Notes under the pieces: model-generated
Databases searched by the model: none
Told to the model about the DNA's origin: nothing
The model's input: the letters and a program-made list of their open reading frames with translations, nothing else
Program-made: the position numbers and the translations under genes
In this document: positions 36,071 to 45,749 of the stretch, in pieces
How positions within the stretch are numbered: position 1 is the stretch's first letter
Layout of the letters: every line of letters starts with the position of its first letter
Source: a virus
Taxonomy: Duplodnaviria; Caudoviricetes
DNA length: 64,000 bases
Virus record (IMG/VR): IMGVR_UViG_3300032226_000683
Span: 4,568 to 68,567 of that record
Direction: 5' to 3' (one strand)

Positions 36071-36783
36071 AAACATCATTCAGTAAGAAAGATAAAGAAG
36101 CCGTAGAGGTAACCGAAGATAAAGCGTTGGCTGTGGCGGAGAGCAAGTCTCCATCCATTACCAATCGTAACGCTGGTGTAGACGGAGAGTTTAAAGCCTC
36201 CGACTTCCTTATCCCGAGGATTAACCTTGTGGGTAAGACTGGCAACCTTAGCAATAACTTCCAACCAGGCTCCTTTGTGTTCAACAAAGAGATGGTCGTT
36301 GGGAGTAAGGACTCCGCAATGGAGGCCATTATTACTCACATCCAAAAGAAATACATCCAGGAAATCCCTTATGGGACGGATGTCATCCCGAAGATTTTTG
36401 CCTCGCAAGCCGAGGTGGAAGCTGCGGGTGGAACTTTAGATATTTCTGAGTCAGAGGATGTGGATCGGTATATTCCGTTCCTTGTCTTGACCCTTTTGGT
36501 TGCAGAGCCGAAAGATAAGAATCCGATTTTCTCTCTTGAGGGACCGGATAAAAAGAACTATGCGCTGGCGCAATACAATCTCACCAAGAGTGCGTACCGC
36601 GGAGCGGGTCGTCAGTTGCTAACCGACAGTCAAACCGTCCTGCGTGGCGGGCTGACCAAAGGTCGGTATCAAGTCAGCAGCAAGCTAAACACCAACACGA
36701 TGGGTAGCTGGTTTACGCCCACGTTCAAGTTGGCTGGAACAAACAATGACGAGTTCCAGGCTTGGGCTTCCAGCTTGATCTAA
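36067..36783 (+). CDS. Putative phage single-stranded DNA-binding protein
   Basis: DFLIPRINLV and GSWFTP motifs; position between exonuclease and polymerase. Confidence 0.6.
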   Translation: MKTSFSKKDKEAVEVTEDKALAVAESKSPSITNRNAGVDGEFKASDFLIPRINLVGKTGNLSNNFQPGSFVFNKEMVVGSKDSAMEAIITHIQKKYIQEIPYGTDVIPKIFASQAEVEAAGGTLDISESEDVDRYIPFLVLTLLVAEPKDKNPIFSLEGPDKKNYALAQYNLTKSAYRGAGRQLLTDSQTVLRGGLTKGRYQVSSKLNTNTMGSWFTPTFKLAGTNNDEFQAWASSLI

Positions 36784-36948
36784 GTAGATGAAAAAGGGGA
36801 GACGTTCCGGCATGGTGCGGCGCGAGAAGCGCCGACAGGTTAGGTGTGTCCTGCCGCGTGAAACACCGGACGTCCTCCGCCAAGCAATAAGATTTTTTTC
36901 TGAACTGATAGAATCAAAATTTCAAAACGTGACACAAGTAAAGGGTAT

Positions 36949-37251
36949 ATGGATCAAAACGAAATAGTCCCACCTTCAATTTACGAGGTAGCTTCAGAAG
37001 CTTTTACAACTGTTACAAAAATTATGGAAAAAGGTTCTGACAAAAGCGCTTTTGGCGAATGGTTTCATAAAGATTCTCGACGATATAATTCTGATAGGGT
37101 AATTAGCCACATTTGCCAGGCAATGATGCAAATTGATGGTAACAGGCAAGACCCCGATAAATACAATGAGACATCTATTGATCATCTAGAAAGGGCTCTC
37201 GTTCGGACAGCTTTTTTATTGTTCAAATGCAAAAGGGGTAAAATCGAATGA
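36949..37251 (+). CDS. Divergent dATP/dGTP diphosphohydrolase-like (DUF5664-like) protein
   Basis: VTKIMEKGSDK..W...SHI...D..SIDHLERA pattern. Confidence 0.5.
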   Translation: MDQNEIVPPSIYEVASEAFTTVTKIMEKGSDKSAFGEWFHKDSRRYNSDRVISHICQAMMQIDGNRQDPDKYNETSIDHLERALVRTAFLLFKCKRGKIE

Positions 37252-37430
37252 TTGATTCAATTTTATTGTGGATATTTGTTTGGATTAGTAAGCGTTGGTT
37301 TAATTCTGTTATTTTTGGGACTGACCCTGAAACAGACCGTGCTACATCTATTTCATTCTTTGAACACGAGGAGCACGCTGAACAATATTTGGAATTAATT
37401 CAAAGAGGAAAAAAGGAGATGGACAAATGA
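37248..37430 (+). CDS. Hypothetical protein
   Basis: ATGA overlap with the upstream gene. Confidence 0.5.
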   Translation: MIDSILLWIFVWISKRWFNSVIFGTDPETDRATSISFFEHEEHAEQYLELIQRGKKEMDK

Positions 37431-37618
37431 TATTTCATTGGGTTTGGAAGAAAACTGGGTTTCCCTATTTGGAATCCCCTGAAACAGAAACAAAAAGTAC
37501 AACCATGCCAAAAAAGAAAGGTAAGGTGTCAAGTGGAAAATCAAAGCGATCTAAAAAACGATAGACTTGCTCAAGAAGTTGTTGCAGAATTGGATTACCT
37601 TTTAAAGGAAGGATTTTT

Positions 37619-37981
37619 ATGTCTAAAGAACACGAAGGAACCTCGCATTGTTTTAAACCAGGAGGCGAACATATGAGCTTGGACGCAATCATTGATACAG
37701 ATACAATGCGTAAACAACCAGAATATATGCAAAGGGAACTTCATAGGGTGCATCAGTTTTACAAACGTGTAACAGATCTGGCAGAAACAAACCACAAAAC
37801 CGCCTCTACTCTTGTGGAGGAGAATGGGCGGTTAGAAAATGAGAACGAGGGGCTGAGAGAGTTCTGCCAGGAACTCCTTAGCTCTATGGCAGACCTTGAA
37901 GACGAATGCTCGGGGTTCAGACACAAGGTTAGGTCAGCCGTGCTCGAACTACTACCACATCAGAAAGAAGAAAATAAATGA
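37619..37981 (+). CDS. Coiled-coil hypothetical protein
   Basis: SD AAGGA; heptad pattern. Confidence 0.55.
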   Translation: MSKEHEGTSHCFKPGGEHMSLDAIIDTDTMRKQPEYMQRELHRVHQFYKRVTDLAETNHKTASTLVEENGRLENENEGLREFCQELLSSMADLEDECSGFRHKVRSAVLELLPHQKEENK

Positions 37982-38322
37982 TTGACTTAACTCTTAGAAT
38001 TGAAAACGAAAAGGGGACCGACAAAATTAAGGTTGAGGTTTTGCCTTATGATAATGAAGCAAATAATATAGAGAAAGACGTTCTTACTGGACTTTTTCCT
38101 CATGTCGTAAACCTTCTTAATGGTTTATTGGGTGGCGAGGGATTCCGCAAAAATGAAAAGGTACTTCAGCCCATTCCAGAACAAGAATCTTCAATTTTGG
38201 ATAAAAATGGAGCACCTACCTCTATCCCTATGAATGAGGAATATCTCCGGAAGAAGGGTTTGATTGAACCAGAAGAAGGCCCTGAAATTCGAGATAAAGA
38301 CTCTACTATTATCATAGACTAA
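37978..38322 (+). CDS. Hypothetical protein
   Basis: ATGA overlap. Confidence 0.6.
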   Translation: MIDLTLRIENEKGTDKIKVEVLPYDNEANNIEKDVLTGLFPHVVNLLNGLLGGEGFRKNEKVLQPIPEQESSILDKNGAPTSIPMNEEYLRKKGLIEPEEGPEIRDKDSTIIID

Positions 38323-38618
38323 TGTCTTCTGCCGGTGAAAAACTGGCCGAAGAATTCACCGTGATTCCCTACCCATTCGTGGGTGAGCATCGCGATGCAA
38401 TCGAGGCTGAATATGCGATGCTGCTTAATGGTGGGATAAGACCAACTGAAGTAGTTGATCTCATTCTTCATGCCTTAGAAATATTATTAAACAAAAGAAA
38501 AAAAGCAGAAGGAACGAACACTTACGATGAAGCTACAACTCAGGTGTCTGATATGCTTGGGCGCCTTGTGGTTTTTGAAGAAATGTTCTCAAATAAAAAA
38601 CAAAAAAAATCAAAATGA
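38322..38618 (+). CDS. Hypothetical protein
   Basis: TAATG overlap. Confidence 0.6.
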   Translation: MSSAGEKLAEEFTVIPYPFVGEHRDAIEAEYAMLLNGGIRPTEVVDLILHALEILLNKRKKAEGTNTYDEATTQVSDMLGRLVVFEEMFSNKKQKKSK

Positions 38619-40405
38619 ATATATATGCAATTGACTTTGAAACATATTACGACAAGGAAACTTCAATCACTACAATGGGGCAGTGGCACTATTTGCGTAG
38701 CCCGGCCTCAGACATCTACATGGTTGCCATTCAGGGGCCAGATGTTGATTACGTAGGCTGCCCTAAAAAAGCACCGTGGGCCAAGATTGATGGCCACAAG
38801 TGGGTGGCTCATAACTACAGCTTTGACGGCGCGGTGATCGAGAGATTGCGGGAACAGGGATGTGTTCAAGCCAAGCCCGCAGCTTGGGACTGCACTGCAA
38901 ACCTTTCAGTTGCTGTGGGTGCTCCGCGTAATTTGTTGGGGGCTTCTAGGGAATTGCTAGATCGGCATATCGACAAAGATCCGCGAGATAAAATGCACTC
39001 CAAGAAGTGGGGCGATGTTGAGGGTACTGAATTTGGAAAAGAAGTATTGGAGTACGCTCGCCAGGACGCCAAGGCATGCCTCGGTATTTATGAGAAGTTT
39101 TCCAGCGATATGCTTCCGGTGGAGTCCGAGCTATCGAAACACACTATTGAGATGGGTTGGCGCGGGATTCAGGTTGACCAGGACGCTGTTTCCGCGGGTA
39201 TTAAGGCTCTTCAAAAGGTCACTTGGGAAAGTGAAAATGCTTTACCCTGGATCGACGAGACAGATGGAGTGGTTCTTTCAACGAAGGCATTCCGCAGAGA
39301 ATGTGCGAAGGCTGGTATTCCATGGCCTACGTCTTTGGCGGAGAACTCTGAAGAGTGTGCATTGTGGGAATCTCAATACGGCGAGCAAGTTCCTTTTGTC
39401 GGGATCATGCGTGACTGGCGTAAGGCAAACTCTTTGTTGGCCAAGCTGAAGGTCATGCAGGCCCGCATCAAACCGGACGGAACGATGAGTTACGGATTGA
39501 AATACATGGGGGCTCATACTGGGCGTTGGTCCGGGGACTCGAAGTTCAATGTTCAGAACCTTCCTCGTAATGAAATGTTCGGAGTAGACCTTAGGGGTTG
39601 CATTGTACCCCGGCCAGGTAAGAAGTTTGTTATCTGTGACTTGGCTCAGATTGAGCCGCGGGTACTTGCTTGGCTGTCTGGCAACGAAGGACTCTTAGAC
39701 GCGATCAGGAACGGTTACGGAATCTACGAGGCAGCGGCTAAGAACATGGGGCTATGGGATGGCCCGAAAGGGACATTGAAAAAGACTGACGCCCCATTGT
39801 ATCAGTTGGTAAAGGCGATGGTTCTTGGCCTTGGCTATGGTGCCGGGGCGAAGAAGTTTGCTCTTATCGCTAAGATGCAATATGGAATTGATATGACGGA
39901 AACTAAGTCGAACATGATCGTCAATGATTTCCGAACTAGGAATCAACCAATCTTGGACTTGTGGCGAAAGCTGGAGGGAGACTTTCAAAGGGCGAAGGCA
40001 GATAAGCAGTTTGAGGTGGGCTTGCCGAGCGGTCGGGTTCTTACCTACCGGAACATTATGTCCCAATGGCCGGATAAACAGAAATATGACAAAAGTGGTA
40101 AATCTAGGAAATCGGCTTGGACGGCTAGAGTTGAAAGGGGAGGACCGCAGATTCCATTCTACGGAGGGAAGCTGTGCGAGAACCTTGTTCAGGCAGTAGC
40201 TCGCGACGTCATGGGCGCGGCGGTATTACGTTTGGAAAAGGCTGGTTGCCCTGTTGTAATGCACATTCACGACGAGGCCGTTTGCGAAGTTGACAATTCA
40301 GTTCCGGCTGGTGAGATTGAACGTCTCATGAGCGTCTGTCCTGAATGGTTGGATGGGTGTCCAATAGGTGCAGAAGCGACCGATGCAGTGAGGTATAAAA
40401 AATGA
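38615..40405 (+). CDS. polA: DNA polymerase family A with 3'-5' exonuclease
   Basis: AIDFET, AHNYSFD, YARQD; TGRWSG, motif A DLAQIEPR, motif B KAMVLGLGYG, motif C HIHDE. Confidence 0.95.
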   Translation: MNIYAIDFETYYDKETSITTMGQWHYLRSPASDIYMVAIQGPDVDYVGCPKKAPWAKIDGHKWVAHNYSFDGAVIERLREQGCVQAKPAAWDCTANLSVAVGAPRNLLGASRELLDRHIDKDPRDKMHSKKWGDVEGTEFGKEVLEYARQDAKACLGIYEKFSSDMLPVESELSKHTIEMGWRGIQVDQDAVSAGIKALQKVTWESENALPWIDETDGVVLSTKAFRRECAKAGIPWPTSLAENSEECALWESQYGEQVPFVGIMRDWRKANSLLAKLKVMQARIKPDGTMSYGLKYMGAHTGRWSGDSKFNVQNLPRNEMFGVDLRGCIVPRPGKKFVICDLAQIEPRVLAWLSGNEGLLDAIRNGYGIYEAAAKNMGLWDGPKGTLKKTDAPLYQLVKAMVLGLGYGAGAKKFALIAKMQYGIDMTETKSNMIVNDFRTRNQPILDLWRKLEGDFQRAKADKQFEVGLPSGRVLTYRNIMSQWPDKQKYDKSGKSRKSAWTARVERGGPQIPFYGGKLCENLVQAVARDVMGAAVLRLEKAGCPVVMHIHDEAVCEVDNSVPAGEIERLMSVCPEWLDGCPIGAEATDAVRYKK

Positions 40406-42531
40406 ACCTCTTTCGTATACCTAATTTATCGTCATCGATTGCCAGCTCATGCACACCTTGGGATGGTAACGTCAATCAGCCACCTAGTCTTGAGCCAGAA
40501 GTTGCGAAGCGTTGGGCTGTTCAGAATTCAACTGACGGAATGTTCGTCAGCGGATTCGAAGGTCGTGCCGCGGCTATGCGTGTCACCAGAGATAATCCTC
40601 CGGCCAAGATGCATGCGTTCATTGCGGACTATGACTGTGAGCTTTCATCCGAAGAGTTTATCTCTGGGATTGGGTCTCGCGCAAAAGCCGGACTAAAACC
40701 TATGTTTGCTCACCGTACTCCGAGTGGGGGTGCGCGAGTTATCTGGATGTTTGAAACACCCATGCAGATTCCAGTTGGATTATTGTCGGCGTTCTTAAAG
40801 CGCGTGGCAAAGGAACTGGGAGCGAAGCGTTTGTTTGCTGGGCTGGACGACAACCACGTCAAACCAGAACAGTACTATGCTTGGTATCTGCCAGTTACAA
40901 AAGTAGGTGATGTCCCTTTAAGGACAGAGACTTTGTATAGTTGGTTTGCTTCGACAATCGATGCAGACCATAAGTACCGTGGTGAGGGTCCAGTTGAGAT
41001 CCCGATGGATCGTATTCGTACTCGGGTGCAGGAAATGTATCCAGACAAGTTGCTCGGTAACCTTGAGGTCAACGGAAGAACCAATGCGTTCTGGACTATG
41101 ACTTCGGATAACCCGACTGCCTGCGTGGTCACTCCTACCGGTATCGTCAGTTTTTCTCAGGACAAGAGTTTCTATAGCTGGGCTGAAATTCTTGGTGCCG
41201 GCTGGGTCAAGGAGTTTGAAGAGGATCGTCTAGGCGCGCCTCTCTCTAACTATTATTTCGACGGCAAACGGTACTGGAGGCAAGACGGTCGTGGCATTTG
41301 GCGCGATACAGACTCCGAGACTACCCGCAAGGATATTGCTGGTATCTACGGACTGTCCCTCGCTCCAATGCAACGGGGTGGAATGTGCGAGGTCGACCAG
41401 ACTATATTACGTGTGCGTGAAACACGTCGGGTTGACGATGCAGGTCCAATCCTGTTTAGCAAAGAGGAAGTAGTCTACATGGGCGGGCGTACCGTTCTAA
41501 ACATCTCGAGGGTAAAGGTTCTGGAACCTAGATCGGAGCCTTGCGAGAAGTGGGGAGATGGATTCCCTTGGATCGCAAAGTTCCTTGATGGGTTCTTTAA
41601 TCCACACGACTCCCTCCAATACTTCCTAGCGTGGCTTCATCACTTCTACGTGTCTGCCAAGTCGGGAAAGCAGTCACAAGGTCAGGCGATCTTTATCGCT
41701 GGCCCGGTAGGAGTAGGTAAGACGCTCATGGGTACTCAGATTGTATCCAGACTGATGGGCGGTGGTTGCGACGCTTCGGGTCATATCTCCGGAGAGAGTG
41801 AGTTTAACTCGGAAATGTTCGAGGTGGGCGTACTCAACGTTGACGATACCATTGCTTCGACGAGCCACGAGAAGCACTTGCTCTTCTCCAATACGGTGAA
41901 GAAGTTTGTCGCTAATCGTCGCCATCGTTACCGCGCCATGTGGAAGAATCCTGCTACCATCGAGTGGTCGGGTCGTGTGTTCGTTACTTTGAACGACGAT
42001 CCCGACTCCATGCGGGCGGTTCCATACACGGACGCGAGTATTTTGGACAAGCTTATGCTGTTCAAAGCATCGTCCAAGGGTATGGACTTTCCCCATTCTC
42101 AGGAACTACAGCGTATCCTAGACGGTGAGCTTCCAGCGTTTGCAAGATGGTTGACTGACTTTGAGATTCCGGAGGAGCTTAAGTGCTCAAATCGGTTCCA
42201 AGTTAAGTGCTACCACCACGCCGATATCCTTGAGGATACCCGGACTACTCATCCTAACCATGCCTTCTCGGAGTTGCTGGACGAATTCCTTATCGGGTTC
42301 AACCAGGCCAACCCAAAGGAGAAAACATGGAAGGGTTCGGCCACCCAGCTACTTAATCAGATGCTAAATGACCAGAGTCTCACCAACCTTACCCGCCACT
42401 ATGCCTCAACGCCGGAGAAAATGGGTCAACGGCTGGCAAAATTGATGACAACTAAGGGTATTGAGCGGGTGACGATCCAAGGCAAGGTGCTCTGGAAAAT
42501 CCCGGTTGACGACGTTAAGCCGGTTGTTTAG
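40402..42531 (+). CDS. Primase-helicase (AEP-like N-terminus plus SF3/DUF5906-like NTPase)
   Basis: ADYD and RTPSGG primase-like motifs; GPVGVGKT Walker A. Confidence 0.75.
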   Translation: MNLFRIPNLSSSIASSCTPWDGNVNQPPSLEPEVAKRWAVQNSTDGMFVSGFEGRAAAMRVTRDNPPAKMHAFIADYDCELSSEEFISGIGSRAKAGLKPMFAHRTPSGGARVIWMFETPMQIPVGLLSAFLKRVAKELGAKRLFAGLDDNHVKPEQYYAWYLPVTKVGDVPLRTETLYSWFASTIDADHKYRGEGPVEIPMDRIRTRVQEMYPDKLLGNLEVNGRTNAFWTMTSDNPTACVVTPTGIVSFSQDKSFYSWAEILGAGWVKEFEEDRLGAPLSNYYFDGKRYWRQDGRGIWRDTDSETTRKDIAGIYGLSLAPMQRGGMCEVDQTILRVRETRRVDDAGPILFSKEEVVYMGGRTVLNISRVKVLEPRSEPCEKWGDGFPWIAKFLDGFFNPHDSLQYFLAWLHHFYVSAKSGKQSQGQAIFIAGPVGVGKTLMGTQIVSRLMGGGCDASGHISGESEFNSEMFEVGVLNVDDTIASTSHEKHLLFSNTVKKFVANRRHRYRAMWKNPATIEWSGRVFVTLNDDPDSMRAVPYTDASILDKLMLFKASSKGMDFPHSQELQRILDGELPAFARWLTDFEIPEELKCSNRFQVKCYHHADILEDTRTTHPNHAFSELLDEFLIGFNQANPKEKTWKGSATQLLNQMLNDQSLTNLTRHYASTPEKMGQRLAKLMTTKGIERVTIQGKVLWKIPVDDVKPVV

Positions 42532-42558
42532 ACTGGTTCCACGCTCGAAACACTGTTT

Positions 42559-42963
42559 ATGAGAAATATAGCCATAGCCTTAGCTATGCTGTTTTCAATT
42601 CCTACGTTGGCTTCCAATGTATTAATTGAAACACAGCCTAAAAAGCCTGCCAAAAAAATCAAGGTAAGGCTCACAGCCTATTGGTGTGGGCAAGATCCGG
42701 ATACCTCAAGGTTCAAATCCTCAACTGGGTATACCCTAAAGTCTGGCAGGACATGTGCAGTTGATCCAAGAATCATACCGTATGGCAGTACCGTAATCAT
42801 CGACGGGAAGGAGTTTAAAGCGATTGATACGGGTACAGCAGTTATTGCCAAGAAAGCGTCGCACGGTAAGCTTCCTGTTGTGGATCTCTTTTACAAAACA
42901 GAACGGCAGGCTATGGTTGCGCTAGGTAATATGCCAATGCATCCATGGGTGGAGATTCGATAA
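42559..42963 (+). CDS. Secreted 3D-domain (MltA-like) peptidoglycan hydrolase
   Basis: Signal peptide; TAY, AVDPRIIPYGS, AIDTG, VDLF. Confidence 0.85.
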   Translation: MRNIAIALAMLFSIPTLASNVLIETQPKKPAKKIKVRLTAYWCGQDPDTSRFKSSTGYTLKSGRTCAVDPRIIPYGSTVIIDGKEFKAIDTGTAVIAKKASHGKLPVVDLFYKTERQAMVALGNMPMHPWVEIR

Positions 42964-43592
42964 TGTATGTAGGGGTAACAGCAAGTACGGGGGGAGCTCG
43001 ATCGACCCAAACAATATCTGATCTTACTGTAAATGGAAATTTAGTTGAAACATTTAACGAAAATTTTTTACAAGACGGTAGGAGACTTCCACCCAGTCCC
43101 TCTACTGGAAAAGCATCAATACCGTGTGATTGCAAATGCGGCGTCGTTTATGGTAAAAATCCGTTCAGGCTTACTGATAATGAATATGCCAAAGCATCCG
43201 CAATCTGGGCGGCTAATACTGTTAATCCAGGTTCTTTTACTGCTTCTTATAGATATTTTATCGAGGGAGATTCTGTCGCAGACGGTTTTACTATTTGTTT
43301 TTCTAGATTCGTATTTGTTGCCGGTGGGGGTGGTGGGCTTGGATACGAAGGTTCGGGACCCAATTCAGTTGCGATTGAAGTTGATTCATATCAAAACTTT
43401 TTTGACCCAAATAACTCTCATGTCGCAATTATATCTGCCGGATCTGTTTATACGCACCTTCAATTGGCAAGCGTAACCATAAGGCCGTCGGGACTTATAA
43501 GTGTAGATTATTCTGGCGGAAGATTGAAAGTTCAGCATAATCAAATACCAATTCTTGACTACCCGATTGATATACCGAGTATTGCTGGCTAA
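42963..43592 (+). CDS. L-type (legume/ConA-like) lectin, circularly permuted
   Basis: RLT, ADGF, GGGLGY, SVAIEVDSYQN, DPNNSHVAI; YVGVTASTGG is at the N-terminus; TAATG overlap start. Confidence 0.75.
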   Translation: MYVGVTASTGGARSTQTISDLTVNGNLVETFNENFLQDGRRLPPSPSTGKASIPCDCKCGVVYGKNPFRLTDNEYAKASAIWAANTVNPGSFTASYRYFIEGDSVADGFTICFSRFVFVAGGGGGLGYEGSGPNSVAIEVDSYQNFFDPNNSHVAIISAGSVYTHLQLASVTIRPSGLISVDYSGGRLKVQHNQIPILDYPIDIPSIAG

Positions 43593-43601
43593 CAGTATTA
43601 T

Positions 43602-43841
43602 ATGGAAAACAAAATACAAAAGTTTGCTAAATCCATGGGTACTTGGGCTGGATCGGGATTTAAAAAGGTACAGCAACATGTCTACGAGAAACGAATTGCC
43701 ATCTGCCGTAAGTGTCAGTTTTGGGAAGAGAAAGGAAATCTGGGCATGGGAAAGTGCTTGAAATGCGGATGCGGAAAGGGTAAACATTGGTTGCCGCACG
43801 AGCAATGCCCAATTGGTTTGTGGGGCAAGGAGAATACATGA
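43602..43841 (+). CDS. Small Cys-rich protein (DUF6171-like)
   Basis: RIAICRKC...CLKCGC...CPIGLW. Confidence 0.65.
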   Translation: MENKIQKFAKSMGTWAGSGFKKVQQHVYEKRIAICRKCQFWEEKGNLGMGKCLKCGCGKGKHWLPHEQCPIGLWGKENT

Positions 43842-44110
43842 AAAAACAAAAAAGTATTTTATCGGCAAAGCGGGTTCCATTGTCCCCAAAGATTGGAAAA
43901 CTTCCTGCTATTAAAATTATTGCGGAGCGCAAGGTTGACTACGTAGAATTAGACCTTGACGTGGATGACGAAGCGGTGGCAGTATTGGCGAAAGCTGGAT
44001 TGGAAACAATCCGGAATGATAAGGAGGCTTTGGTGAATTACGCGATCGTCAAAGCCCTACAAGACCTTGTCAAAAACGAGAAAGAAAAAAATGCAAGACA
44101 CATTGCTTAA
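43838..44110 (+). CDS. Hypothetical protein
   Basis: AAGGAG SD, ATGA overlap. Confidence 0.55.
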   Translation: MKKQKSILSAKRVPLSPKIGKLPAIKIIAERKVDYVELDLDVDDEAVAVLAKAGLETIRNDKEALVNYAIVKALQDLVKNEKEKNARHIA

Positions 44111-44252
44111 GACGTTTCTCGGAGCGGTAGCCGCGTTGCTTGGAGGTGCAATATGTATATTCTTAGCCGTGGTTTGGTACGAATGTTTTTCGTACTTTCG
44201 GTCGTTATTTCGCCGCTTTCCAAAGCGGAAAACCAAGTCCTCCCGTCGGTAG
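44091..44252 (+). CDS. Small membrane protein
   Basis: Single TM followed by a basic tail. Confidence 0.45.
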   Translation: MQDTLLKTFLGAVAALLGGAICIFLAVVWYECFSYFRSLFRRFPKRKTKSSRR

Positions 44253-45100
44253 TTCGCATTCAGGTTATTACCCCTAACGGGACATTCCGCGGGACGGGAT
44301 TTGCCGTAGAGGGTGGTGTCATAACCGCGGCTCACATTGTGGATAAATCAAACGAAGTAAGTGTGCTTTGCGACGACGGAGACGACACGGTTGCTTTTGA
44401 AGGGGATGTGGTACGAAAAGACACCCTGCTGGATATAGCTCTTATCAAGGTCAAGAATGATTTTGAAAAAGCAATCAACTTGCCACCCGTTAAATTTGAG
44501 ACAGCTTTCCCCGCAAAACCTGGAACGCCTGTTTACGCCATCGGCAATTCTTTGGGATTTACACGCTCTATCTCCGCGGGGATTGTTTCAGCCTCCGGCA
44601 AGAAGTCTGGAGAGCGGTTCCTATATTCCGACGTTCTGGTGCGGAAGGGTAATTCGGGCGGACCGCTAATCAATTTTAAGGGAGAAGTTATCGGTATGAC
44701 TTTAGGGACAATCGACATGTCTCCTGCCGGGGAGCTAAAGACTAAGGATCCTGCTCCTGAGTTTGCATACTGCTTATCGGCGGCTGATATAGTGGAATTC
44801 CTGGAAGCCGAAGAAACTCACCAAAAGGTGGATGGGTTCCTGGGGGTAATAGGTAAACCTGTGACAACTGGGTATAACCAGCCAGGGTGCGATCAAGGGC
44901 TTCAAATAACCCGTGTTGTACGCTCCTGTGGGCTTAATGTAGGCGATATTGTGTTTATGCTGGCCGATACCCCTATTACATCACAACGCGACATGATAAG
45001 GGTTATACGAGCATTGCAGCCTGGTACTATGGCAAGCGCAGACATTATTAGAAATGCACAGTTCCAAACAGTTGAAGTATCTATAACTAAAAGTCCTTAA
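44153..45100 (+). CDS. HtrA/DegS-like trypsin serine protease with PDZ domain
   Basis: GTGF, TAAH, DIAL and GNSGGP triad motifs; FLGV PDZ start. Confidence 0.9.
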   Translation: MYILSRGLVRMFFVLSVVISPLSKAENQVLPSVVRIQVITPNGTFRGTGFAVEGGVITAAHIVDKSNEVSVLCDDGDDTVAFEGDVVRKDTLLDIALIKVKNDFEKAINLPPVKFETAFPAKPGTPVYAIGNSLGFTRSISAGIVSASGKKSGERFLYSDVLVRKGNSGGPLINFKGEVIGMTLGTIDMSPAGELKTKDPAPEFAYCLSAADIVEFLEAEETHQKVDGFLGVIGKPVTTGYNQPGCDQGLQITRVVRSCGLNVGDIVFMLADTPITSQRDMIRVIRALQPGTMASADIIRNAQFQTVEVSITKSP

Positions 45101-45101
45101 C

Positions 45102-45665
45102 ATGAAATTTGATACTAGAACCGAACTGGTTAGAAACCTGGTTAGATCGGGTGGAGTGATCGCGGAGGTCGGAGTCCTCAACGGAGAGTTTTCAAAGGAA
45201 CTAATCGAGATCCTCAATCCTTCCAGGATCTACATGATCGACCGATTCGAGGGACAATGCTTCTCGGGCGACCGGGATGGAAACAACGGCAAGATCCATG
45301 ATCTAGATAGGGCTTACAGCAGCCTTATGGAATATGCTAAGTTAAATCCAACGGTAACCATTTTGAAGGGGGATAGCTCTACGTTGCTAGGTACTTTAGA
45401 GCCTGATTCACTGGACATGATCTACCTAGATGGTGATCACGAATACCAAGGATGCAAAAAGGACATAATTGCGTCCTATAGGCTCTTAAAAGACGGGGGA
45501 TGGCTTATGGGTCACGACTACGCTATCAACCTGGCCAAAGCCCTAAATCACTATGTTTTTGGCGTAAAGAAGGCTATCGACGAGTTCTGTCAGGAATACA
45601 ACCAAACCATTCATGCTTTTGGAGCTGATGGTATGGTATCCTTTGCTATTAAGATCTCCAAGTAA
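45102..45665 (+). CDS. Class I SAM methyltransferase (Methyltransf_24-like)
   Basis: AEVGVLNGEFS, YLDGDHEY, GGWLMGHDY. Confidence 0.85.
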   Translation: MKFDTRTELVRNLVRSGGVIAEVGVLNGEFSKELIEILNPSRIYMIDRFEGQCFSGDRDGNNGKIHDLDRAYSSLMEYAKLNPTVTILKGDSSTLLGTLEPDSLDMIYLDGDHEYQGCKKDIIASYRLLKDGGWLMGHDYAINLAKALNHYVFGVKKAIDEFCQEYNQTIHAFGADGMVSFAIKISK

Positions 45666-45749
45666 TTGATATAGAGGTGGAAGCACTTCTGCTTTCAGCA
45701 AAGAGACTTACGTAAGGTACATGTACGTTTTGTAAGTCCTTGATACAGT

